From NCBI GenBank assembly GCA_013265495.1, contig MU058213.1, positions 7,208,066 through 7,272,065 of the forward strand: a stretch of 64,000 nt of DNA. Reading direction: 5' to 3'. Made by a program: the position numbers and the translations under genes. This document shows, in pieces, positions 36,401-48,348 of this stretch; position 1 is the first letter of the stretch, and every line of letters starts with the position of its first letter. The stretch is from Vicugna vicugna. Taxonomy: Eukaryota. Below the pieces are notes generated by a model. The model saw only the letters and a list, made by a program, of their open reading frames with translations, did not search any database and was not told the DNA's origin.

Positions 36401-39400
36401 AGAATTAAATTGCTCTTGGAGAACAACATAATGGCACGTGCAGCGTGTCAAAGCTAATAGCAAGCCATCTTTCGTCAGTTCTCAGAAAGAAAAAAGAAAA
36501 AGATGAGTCATATCACTAAGGTGGCAAATAGACTAAACAGCCAACATAGATTTTCTAGGCATCTACTTAAAACCTCATGTTCATTTTCTTAACACAAGAC
36601 TCCATGTCAAGTTGCATCGCTGAAAAAAACATCGTTCCTATTTGGATTGAATGTTCTGTCATTCATTTATAAATAAATAAATAAAATGACTGAATGTGTT
36701 TATTGCTCTAAGTTCTGAGGGTCTGGTTCAACATGGAGTCTCCCCCATTTACGATGTTTCTGTGATATGAAGCCAGGCTTCTGGATTATTTCAGAAATTG
36801 TTCTGAGAGCCAGACAAAAATGATCTTACTTATCCGAACAAGCAAACAGACCCAGAAGTGAAACCAGCTGCTTTGTAAAGCCATTGCTTGCCAGCCTTCT
36901 AATTTCTTAAGAATAAACAATAAAAGGAAGGTCTCTTTAATCATATTTGGTGGAACCTCTTTAATAATACTAGTGTTCTGAGAATGCAGTGAAGACCTGT
37001 ATTGTAGACTCTTGGCAAGAGATGATTCACTGTTGCCCTTGAATTTCTGGGCATACTATCTAATCCATAATATAAAGTTGCTTCTGTGGGCTTCTGCTGT
37101 GTCGTATCTTTATAAGAAAGAAGTGGCAACAAAATGTTACAATAGGTAAACATGTCAACAACCTCTGTGTGTGTATGCATATACATGTGTGGGGAGAGGG
37201 AGAGAGAGATATCGGCCATTTTCCATAGTCTTTATTGTCAAAAACAATAAGGTAAAGGTTTACTTTTTTAGCTAAACGGCATGGAAAGTTATTCCAGATT
37301 ATGCTCTTCAGTGGTAGTAAGAAAACTGTAAAGCTTCTTCTGAATGTATATTCCAGGTGTGGAAGAATCAAAGCCAACTGAGATTCACTAACCTTACGGA
37401 AAGTAATATATGGAAATAGTACTTTCAAAATATTTCAAAAAAATGTAAAATATAACACTAAAAGCTGGCTCATGTGAGTCCTGCATGTCTTTAAACATTA
37501 ACTCTTGTATTAATTCAACAGATAAAAACTACAAATGTAGAAGAATTGTGTGACATAAAGGGAGTTTTTGGTTTGTTTCTAGAGGAGAACATTGTGAAAA
37601 AAGGAATTATTTGCTGGTATTTGGGGAAAAGAAAAGTTTCACCTTTTCCCTCTCTCATTTCACTGATGGGCAGGGCTCTCATCTCATTACTGGCTTTTAA
37701 AATTTTTATCCATGTTATGTAGAATTTGAAGTAGTTTTTAATATATAATGCTGTAAGTATATTTATCATGAATATTTTAATTAGTAGAGAAATAGTAAGT
37801 GGAGTATGCAGGACTGTACTTTGAAGTCTCTGTAGGTATATTATCTATTAGTTTATCTTTTGAACATGCTGGCATCGCCTTGTACTGCTTTGGAAGTTAC
37901 TCAGTGTTTTTAAGCACACAAGACTGAAGAACATATACATTTTGAACTGAACAAAACGAGACAATAGTGAATAGTTTACACACACACTACACACACGCAG
38001 CTCTACACAGTTCATTTGTGCCTTGGAGGGATAGTATTATCATTATTATTAACAATAAAAAACACAATTTTGTCCCAGTAGTACTGGCCACCCTGTTTTT
38101 AAGAGTTTTAGAAGATCCCTGAGCACATTGTTTCTGACTCTTAACCCCAACTCCAAAATGATAGGGCTTCTAGTGTTGATCTCAAGATGGATTGTCATTC
38201 ACAGTAAGTCAATCATAAGGTGCTTATTTACCCTTTCTTTTTTTCACCAATCAGCACAAAGAACTGTCAGAAAATAACTTTTTATTATTATTAATCTTCA
38301 TAGCACTGGAAGGACACATGATTTAAACAATCAATGTTGGAAACAGTGGCTTTAGGATTATTATCTGGCTGCCCCTCAACAATTACAAGTGATTCAATCG
38401 ACATTCCTTAGCCAAAAACAAAAGGAAAACAAACCAAACCAAACCAAACCAAAACAAAAAAAACCCCCAACAAAATCAAACAAAAACCAAACCAAAAAAA
38501 AAAAAAAAAAACTGTACAAATATGTATTTTTCCCTGAGGGATCAAGGTACACCCGCAAGTGCTCTATGTACATATTGCACTAGAGAGGAATGAAGGACAT
38601 GTGCAAAAAAGCAACAAGGAGAGAAGCTTACATCCTACTTAAACCTTTTCATCAAAGATTCTACTAGGGTGCTTTGCATTTTGGAATGTCGGAACACAAA
38701 CAGCGATTCCTTTAGTCTAAAACGAAAAACACATACTTCGACTATGGCACATTCAATGAAATAAAAAGTTTTCCAAAGACAGATAGACAAATTCCATCAA
38801 GAAAATAATACAAAGTTTGTTTGTTTGTATTTTTTTTTTTAGAAAATTACATTACTTTCTTTCTTTGTTTCACATTACAAAATCTGTTTTTTTTTTCTTT
38901 ACACAAATCACATTTTATTGCAGGAATATTTCAAGTGCCATCAAATATTTATAGAAGGGTTAAAAAAATAGAAGTCTCTCTAAAGTGGTCCAGACAAGGC
39001 TTTGTATAGAATAAATCTTTTTTTTTTCCCATCTTCTAGTCTTGATTTAAGTATTTTGAATACATTTTCTTTTCCATTGACACTTAGTAGCCTAGAAGCG
39101 GTCCGACACACACACACACCATCATACACATGAAAACCACACACACGCACGCACACTCCCTCCTCACCTGACCCTCAGCCCACCCGCATACGCTCAGAGA
39201 TCTGAGTATCCACACTATAAAGAACAACCAAACTTAGAAGCAGTGTCTTAAGTCATGTTTTCCTTAAGTTAGAAAGGGTGAATTAGGATGCTGAAGACTG
39301 AAAAAATAAAAATCCATAGCTTTAACGCAAATTAGGATGCTGAACACTTAAAAAAAAAAAATCCAGAGCTTTACCACAATTTGCAAACTGTCCCCAAAAG

Positions 39401-42400
39401 CACTTTCTTCTGCACTTTTGTTTTCATTGTGACCAAGGCCAGGTTCTTCACAATATAACGCAACCATCTGGATACCATTGTAACTGAAGGTATGCAGGCT
39501 TTATATAAAAGCCTTATTTACCCTATGTAAAAAAATTTGTATAAAAGGCATTATAGTAGCCGGAATAACAATGATGTGATTCCAATCTTTAAAAGCCTAT
39601 CGGACATCTAAGTTTAGGCAGTTTTAATTATAAGAACTATTAAGAACAATTGTTCTGTATCGCCAAGTAGTTTGTGTCATCACAGAGGTGTTTCTATAAT
39701 AAGAAAATAAAAATACAAAGGTTTTCACATCCTTTTCTGTACTTCATAATTTTTTCAACCGAAATTGTTGTTTAACTTCAGATCCCAACCTCGTTCCAAA
39801 TACCAGTTGTTCCCACGTTTCACCAAGCCCGCCTCTATTATTCTGTCCCTACACTGTCGATGTACTTTGCTCTCAAAGTCCACACCCTGTTTTTCTTTCC
39901 GGAAGACCTAGTAGCAGCATCATGTCAATGTATCTTGGTTTACTCCAAAAGCAATGTCACCATGGTGTGACTATTACTGAGATTAGAGCATCTTTTTTTT
40001 TTTTTTTTGCATTGGGTACATGCAAAATCCTTTCTGGGAAAATTTAAGATCAACATTGCGTTCTCTCTCACCCTTAGAGAAGTTCAATCAGCGCTCATCA
40101 TTTCACAAGTGGACACTGGAATTAGGTTTAGTTGCTCTTTAATGCGCTAGCTAGCACCTGAGGCTGGTCATATTCAGAAAGCTTTGGTTAAAAAGAAGTT
40201 AATATACTTTAATAAAACCATCCCCCAATTTAGTGAGTCAGAATGACAAACAAAAACAAAAAACAAAAGAAAACCAAAATAGAAACACACCATTTCCCCC
40301 ACAAAGGAGAAACAACAGGGGTAAAAAAATGGAGAAATAAATAACTGAACTAAACTTGGTACTCTTTGCAGAGTATAAATACTATTGATCTTTATAGGAA
40401 CTACGCTTATTTAAATTAAAAATCTGATTCAACCCTTCTTGCCCAAATATAAATACTATATGCTGATAGCTACCTCTCTATATAAACACTCACATAAAGT
40501 TTTACACGCTTGTAAGAAGTGTAAGTAAATATTACCCTCGTCTTCTATTTCTGGTTAAACTCTTACTATATTTTTGAAAAAAAAATTGTTTTTAGATGTT
40601 ATTTAGGCTTCATACACATTTCTGTGTGAACACTCCCTTCCCCTTTCCCAAGGCCCTCAGGAAACAATTCAGAAAGTCAGTGGAGTTAAACGCAGAGCGA
40701 GGGCTCTGGGACGCCTGTACTTGGGGACCCAGTACAGCGTCAGGAGTTGAATTCCTGCGGGAAGATTCAGGAGGGACCCTGGCGGGAGAGGAGACACTTC
40801 CTTCCCTGTAAAGGGCTTCTTGCAAACTCCCACCTTTACGGGAAGGTGGTCTCTTTTCTGTACAAACATGGTCTTTGATGTCAGACCAGAAGTTTGAATC
40901 CCACCCCAAGGGTGACTAAAACCATCATCGAAACGCCTACGTTCCTGAAGGTCACTTATTTTTAAAATATGCACACTTGTCTATCAGACTGTTTCTTCTC
41001 CATTTCCCCACTGGGAATTGTTTAAAAAAAAAAACTAAACCCACGAAATTAAACAAAAACAACTCGATATTTCTTACCTGAACACAAAAGCCAAACAATC
41101 TTCTAAATATTTAATAAAATAAATTACAGTCCACAGTTTTCTAGTGAAGATAAATATAAAAGTAAATGTTTGCAGCTTGCATCAACTTCACTTTAAAGGT
41201 TTAAGATATCTGATATTTAAATAAGAGAAACTGGTTCAACATCATAGGCCTCCATTGTCTCCCTCTCCACTGGCCGTGAAATATGGAGAGCGGTATTCCA
41301 GAATTATCCCATCGAGAGGCGGTCAGTCTAGCAATAGTCCGCTCTGAGATAAACTCTCAGGGTTTCTGGATTATACCAAGACCATGAACATTCACAAGTA
41401 AATGCTTCATGTCTTCACGTGGGGAGTGTGCACTTGCTCCTGGACATAATCTTTGGGTCTTTCTTCTAAGAAAAGCTAGATTCCGATAAATATTCTGGTT
41501 ACTAATCTGATCTCAAAGCATAAGAATTCCAAGTTGAGACTGAGCCTGTGTAACTACTGAATGGTGCAAAATGAGCCTCTCCTCCCCGGCCACCACGAGG
41601 CGGCATTTTAAAAAGCTTTTAAAAAAATAATGTGCGTGAGGGCGTAAATCCCCGGCACTGATCCATCCTTCAACTTTGTATGAAGCGTAAACACATCTAT
41701 CCCTAAACTTCCCAAAAAGCAAAGTACAATTTAGGGAGAGCTCTAAGTCCAAATTCCTATCTTAAAAAAAAAAATCCAACAGCGTGATTTCTAGATATGA
41801 CCAGCCAGTCCTTTAAAAGTCATTGTGTAAACAGCAGCATAAAAACCTCCCGACGTACCTTCCAAGCCTTCTCAGTTAAACTTGTGTTTCTGGTGCACAT
41901 GCGACACAACAGTGAACACGCTAGCATTTAATTTAAAGAAAAAAGGTGCAAAATGAAAGTGCCTTATCAATTCAACAGGAAAAGCTACACCAGTAACTAC
42001 ATTTTATATTAATTAAAACAATATATAAACAATATCTCTTTTAGCTATATATAGTCTTCATGCCCATTTACCCTGTAATATATTATAATGCTATTTGTTG
42101 CTAGTGCTATGGACCCTTTTCGTGCCATCCTGCTGACTGGCAATAATCGGTGAAAAAAATAAAAACTTCCTTCATGAGACAAAGAGCAAGTTGTGCAAAG
42201 TTATGCTGCCACCTCCGCTATGCATGCCAGTCACCGATTAGTGCTGGACTCTCTGCTGTTAGGACAGACTGGTGACTCTGTAGAAAGTCTGTGGGCAGTG
42301 AGCTACGAGAAAAAGACATCCTCCAACTTTAGTACCCGCCTTCTGTTGTAAACAGAGGTCAACGATCAAGAAGTCAAGACAGAAAAAGGGTCCATATCTG

Positions 42401-42624
42401 TAGGCATAATGGAAATCATATGCATGAGAAAAACAAGTTCAACTTTTATTTGTTTTCATTGTTTCCCCTCCTTTGCCTGACCCCGATCACCAAAGGATGT
42501 GCAATGTGTTGGCGCTCCAGGTCTGTGCAGGGCCATGTAAAGTGTCTCGGTTAATTTGTTTGTTGGTGGGTTTGCTTTTCATTGTTTGTACTTCAGACAT
42601 TCTAGAAGTGCTTAGGTGATACAT
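33390..42624 (-). other. RORA: RORA long 3' UTR (~9.2 kb)
   Basis: Runs from the stop codon to the distal AATAAA. AU-rich, no recognisable interspersed repeats. A long RORA UTR of this order is recalled from human. Confidence 0.8.
39281..39378. repeat. Imperfect 49-bp tandem duplication
   Basis: aattaggatgctgaagactgaaaaaataaaaatccatagctttaacgca followed by aattaggatgctgaacacttaaaaaaaaaaaatccagagctttaccaca. Confidence 0.9.
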
Positions 42625-42906
<282 letters not shown>

Positions 42907-43880
42907 TTAAACGTCCAGTAATAGAAGGAAGGTAAAAATTAATGATGATGTAGGCACATCACAGAAAACTAGGTATATATTAAACATGATTTTGAAGGCA
43001 AATAATTGAGTAACTTGAAAAGATGTTCATAAGCAAAAGAACCCAAGTCTCTCACCTTCTCCTCCTATTCCAACATACTTTCTGCCCTACCATCCTGAAC
43101 CTCGCCCTCTACCCCTTGGGAGAAAGGAGAGATGTGACAGAGATGAGGGCAAGGGGGCCCCGTGGGTAGCTGAAGTCACTGCAACCAGAGATGATGGCAT
43201 CCCCTGCATATTTTATGCAAAACGAGTACTAGTCAACTCCAATGATAACAAGTTTTTTTTTTTGAGAAAGAGCTCTGCCTGTAACAAACCAATTCCAGGT
43301 CTGAGTAAAAGAACATGATTGAAAAAAAAAAAAAAGTCAGGAAGTCTGGCGGAAGTCCCAGCATTGACCATTTACGGGTGGAGGATAATAACATGGCTTG
43401 CAGAAGTGCTTTTTAAAGTCTAAAGCACTGTACAGTGCAAACTAATGATCTCAACCCAGAATAATCCCCTGTAAGAAACGTCTTCACCACAGCATCCATC
43501 TTGTCCATGTGTTAGGTTCTCTCTATGGTGAGAGACCCCTCCTCTAGCATATTTTAAACTGACATCCTAATTATATTTTCATTGTGAAAGATAACAATTG
43601 GCAAAAACGAAACCTAATGCCTTGAATACAGGGTAGTAATGAGAAACTGATGAAGAAAATGCAGAAGTCATTTACTGTTGACTACTAATGAATTTAATGG
43701 AAATAGAACTAATACTAGAATGTATGGTTATCTTGGTTAATTGCTTTAGTCCTTCATAACCTCCTCCTTCTAAACGCAAAGATTTAAATTCTAAACTCTC
43801 TAGTTCATATCAAGGGAGAACATTAATTATGCTTTCTGCCCATCTTTGATGAAATAGGTGTAGGATTTCCAGACTGTCTA

Positions 43881-44056
43881 GAGGGGAGGGTATAGCTCAA
43901 GTGGTAGAGAGCATGCTTAGCATGCATGAGGTCCTGGGTTCAATCCCCAGTAACTTCTCTAAAAATAAATAAACCTAATTACACCCCTCTTACGCCCCGA
44001 CAAAATAAAATAATTAAATAATACAATAATAAATAAATAAAAATATTAAAAAAAAA
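43881..44056 (+). mobile_element. tRNA-Ala-derived SINE (camelid vic-1-like, long-tailed form) with 14-bp TSD
   Basis: ggggagggtatagctcaagtggtagagagcatgcttagcatgcatgaggtcctgggttcaatccccagt plus AT-rich tail. TSD gatttccagactgt at 43864-43877 and 44057-44070. Confidence 0.92.
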
Positions 44057-44304
44057 GATTTCCAGACTGTATATTGCTGCCATTGCTCTATTATTCCAGG
44101 ACACTATAACCAATGATAATAAACAGAATTTAACCTGAATTTTGGCCCAAGATCATTTTTTTGAAATGGAGACATTTCTTTTCTTTTCAGTACCCTGTTG
44201 CTTACTGATGCTTTTGGGGCTGGTCGATGACGTCTAAGAGTGGCTGGCGTGAGCTGTGACAAGGGATAGTCAGGCTGTGTCAACGGCAAGCGTTCGGCTC
44301 TCAC

Positions 44305-44417
44305 CTTTGTTAGTATTCCGTCTTCTCGGTGATTCTTCTGTAGGACGTGCTGAAGAGCTAGCTGAATTTTCTGTTGCAGTTTTTCAATTTTTACCTTTTC
44401 CTGCAGCCATGAGCGAT
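44305..44417 (-). CDS. RORA: RORA exon 10 (113 bp), (D)[37 protein letters not shown]
   Basis: TTTAG acceptor, AAG|GTGAG donor. Lies within ORF 44104..44448. Confidence 0.98.
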
Positions 44418-45368
44418 CTAAACATGAGAAAACCACACCCCTTAGCATTCTGCCAACATGGTGTCAGAAACCCCCAATTCCTCCTGACTCCTCGGTGCAG
44501 ATCATTACACCACAATGCAGAGTTAGGGACTAACAGCCCACTTTCACTCCTCGTTCAAAATCTGCTCCTAAAGAAGTGGAAACCTGATCTATGACAGTTA
44601 TAAAACTGAGTGTTAAGCCTTTTCATTTTTACTGACATTTAAAGTAAGGGAGAGTTCGCCCCCTTCCAAAAGGACAGCCATTTAAATCTGTCATGCTTGC
44701 ATGAGGGCAAATGAAATCACCATGGCCCCTTAAGCCTTTCTAATGGTTAAGTTTCTGAATCAAATACTCATATCAGTCCTGCGAGCCTTTCTGGAAAATA
44801 TGAGTATTGCGTTATAGTCCAAGGCAACCAAAATTGTTAAGAGAATGCCAAATGATTTTAAGGGTTGTTAATTTAAGATAAAGTCTTCATGTCCAAGAAT
44901 TCCAAACAGGAGATAGTAAATTTGCAAAGCTGATTATTCCCAAGAGGCAGTGCTGGTTGAACACCTAGATCAACTTGTGGATGACATCCAAATGGATTTT
45001 AAGAAAAAAGCAGAATGTTTTAAAAACCACGTTATCTTGGAGACTGGTGTTAAGAAGGGTAAGCCTACTCTAATGCACTATTTCTCTTGGTATCAGGAGG
45101 TTAACTGTGGACTGAGCTTCATTCAATTTTCATTTCTTAAGAGTTGATCAGAATAGCATGAGGGCGTCTCAAAATGGTGTATGTGCTTTTGTTTGTGTGT
45201 GTGTGTGTGTATGTGGTGTGGTGGGGGGGCGCTGTTATTTGAAAAACTTAAAATTAGATTTAATAAGGGTGGTAGCCTCTCTTGGTGGCCCCCTGAATAT
45301 TCCATAGCCATTGAAAGTTATGTGCCTTATAAAAATTCTTTACCTGGACCAATTTAAAAACGATTTTA

Positions 45369-45503
<135 letters not shown>

Positions 45504-45669
45504 TCAAGACAGTTTAGGATTTTGGTTATTATCCTAAGAGAAAAATATGGAAGAAGGTGAAAAGGTGAAGATCAGAGGGAAAAGTAATAACATTTCTACA
45601 GCTTAATAGTTTGAAATCTTCGGGAAAAAGTCAGTTTAGCCACCATCACCATCACCACCACCATCATCA

Positions 45670-45900
45670 CTGAAAATGATGTCTGTTGTCTGATTACTAT
45701 GTTAGGTGCTACTCTAAGAGGTTTCTTTGTACACGCTACTATTTTACAACAGCCTTGTGAGGGAGGTATTGTTGTTACTATCCCCATTTTAAAGGTGAGG
45801 AAACAGACTTGGGTAGAAAAGTAATATGCCAACGATTCCACAGGTAGGAAGTGACAACCTGAAATTCAAAGCTAGCTGCCTGACTTCAGAGCCCACACTC
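45670..45900 (-). mobile_element. MIR SINE whose end is interrupted by an L1
   Basis: acaacagccttgtgagggaggtattgttgttactatccccattttaaaggtgaggaaac...ctgacttcagagccc. Confidence 0.8.
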
Positions 45901-45902
45901 TT

Positions 45903-45972
45903 TTCTTTTTTAATTGAAGAATAGTCGATTTATAATGTTGTGTTTCTGGTGTACAGAATAGTGATTTAGTTT

Positions 45973-46016
<44 letters not shown>

Positions 46017-46544
46017 TATATACATACACACACACATATATATTCTTTCTTAGATTCTTTTTCATTATAAGTTACTATAAGTTATTGAATATAGTTCCCT
46101 GTGCTGTACAGTAGGACCCTCTTGTTTATCTATTCTGTATATAGTAGTTTGTATCTGCTAATCCCAAACACCAAATTTATCCCTTCCCATCCTGTTTCTA
46201 CTTTGGTAACCATAAATTTGTTTTCTATGTCTGTAAGTCTATTTCTGTTTTGTAAATAAGTTCATTTGTGTTTTTTTTCTAGACTCCACGTGTAAGGGAT
46301 ATCATATGGTATTTGTCTTTTTCTGTCTGACTTACTTCACTTAGTATGATAATCTCTAGCTGTATGCTGCTGCAAATGGCATTGTTTCATTCTTTTTTGT
46401 GGCTGAGTAGTTTTCCATTGTGTATATACACCACATCTTCTTTATCCAATCATCTATCGATGGACATTCAGGCTGCTTCCATGTCCTGGCTGTTGTAGAC
46501 AGCGCTGCTATGAACATTTGAATGTGTGTGTCTTTTTGAAATGA
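45903..46544 (-). mobile_element. 5'-truncated artiodactyl-type L1 3' end with internal (CA)n
   Basis: ttaattgaagaatagtcgatttataatgttgtg...gacttacttcacttagtatgataatctctag. TSD agcccacactctt (45890-45902) / agcctatactctt (46545-46557). Confidence 0.9.
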
Positions 46545-47416
46545 AGCCTATACTCTTGACCAACAGAGTCTAACAGATATAATCTAACTAAAACGTTAAA
46601 TTCACTCATTTTTTTTGTTGTTCTTTGGTTTATTTTATGTACAACACCCTTAAAAGAGATAACAAATGACAAATTATGGTGGAAAACCAATATAACTATT
46701 ACAGAACTGAAAACACAGAACGTGAAAGTCCCATAAAATAAAAACTCATTCCCCCCCAAAACTGGTTAAGTTTGGTGACTATTCCTTCAGACGTTCACAT
46801 TATGTATATATAGTTAAAAGGCAATGGGCTATTCTTAAGTATACGTACCTTCCATCATTTAATTGTTTTTAAAATCACTTAATAACGTAGCTTGGATACC
46901 ATCCCACTCTTCGTAATGACTAGAGCCCACTTTATTTAAATTACAGACATCTAAACTAATTCAATTTTAAAGTATATGTCATAATTTCACTTAGCTATAC
47001 TCTCCTTTCCTGATGGCTCATTAACGGTTGTTATTTGAGGAGTATGGAAGGGCAGACTTTCAGCTCTTTGCTTGATTTTATCTATCAACTCACATCCTCT
47101 AGTTTATCTAAACAATATATTCCCTGCAAACCTGGTTCTTAAAATCGGGAAGGGAGCTAGAAGGATATATCACAATTTCTTCAATTGCTAATTAGATACA
47201 GTGAAACTCTAGATTCTTGAATGTAACACAGACAAAAGGTATTTGAGCTGTGTGAACTTTCTACGGCGATCAACTATAAGGTAACGCAGGTATAAAATCC
47301 TTTAACTTTTGTGTCCATAAAATCGATTTTCACTTTGTTCAATAAGAGCTTTCACCCAACTCCTGTCTTTTCCCCTAGCCCTGATTTAAAGACAAAGCAC
47401 CCAGAGATTTCCTCAC

Positions 47417-47524
47417 CTAAAGACTTGAAGACATCGGGGCTGGCATATTTCCCGTCAAAGTACACGGTGTTGTTCTGAGAGTCAAAGGCACGGCACATTC
47501 TGATAAACACCACCTCCAGAGAGC
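47417..47524 (-). CDS. RORA: RORA exon 8 (108 bp), (G)[35 protein letters not shown]
   Basis: TCTCTGTGCAG acceptor, TAG|GTGAG donor. Hand translation. Confidence 0.97.
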   Translation of the reverse strand, partial: ALWRWCLSECAVPLTLRTTPCTLTGNMPAPMSSSL

Positions 47525-48165
47525 CTGCACAGAGACAGAAGCGAGGTCGGTTGTTGTCTTGGTGAGTTTATTTTGAATGTGGGGACCCCTTTTCTGAGTC
47601 AGCAAGGTGGGTTCTGCTAAGGGGCTCTCAGTCACCTTAGCTCTCTATTTAAAAAGGCAGAGTTCTTGAGCAGACTTATCTGAAGCTAAGGTCTGTGTTA
47701 CTAAAGCGAGATTGATTTATGAATTACTTCTTTGGCACTTGTCTGTCCTGTCATAACACAGAGTCTCAGAGCTGCTAGGAAAACATGGACTCCTGTTTAC
47801 TAAAACAAACGGACGAAAAAACCCAGGGATGTCTCTCTGAATTCCCCTAACAACCTTCTTCCTAACAACTTCTAGGAACCTCCTGACAATCTGGAGTGTA
47901 GAGACAAAATACAGGTGATGGTTAAAACTGGGGAATGCAGGTGTCTTTCAAATGAATCTTTTCACCCAGAGGAGAAGCAAAATGGAGGGAACATTTCCTG
48001 CAAACAGCTCAAAACCTTTAAAAACAAAAAACAAAAAACTCTCCATTTCCGCTAAGAGAAACCTGAGCTATTATCATCGGAGAAAAACTGTTTCCGACAC
48101 CTTCCTTACCAAGCATTTCTTTAACAAGCTGATGAAAGCAGGTTAGGAAGAGATCTCCAAATTCA

Positions 48166-48348
<183 letters not shown>

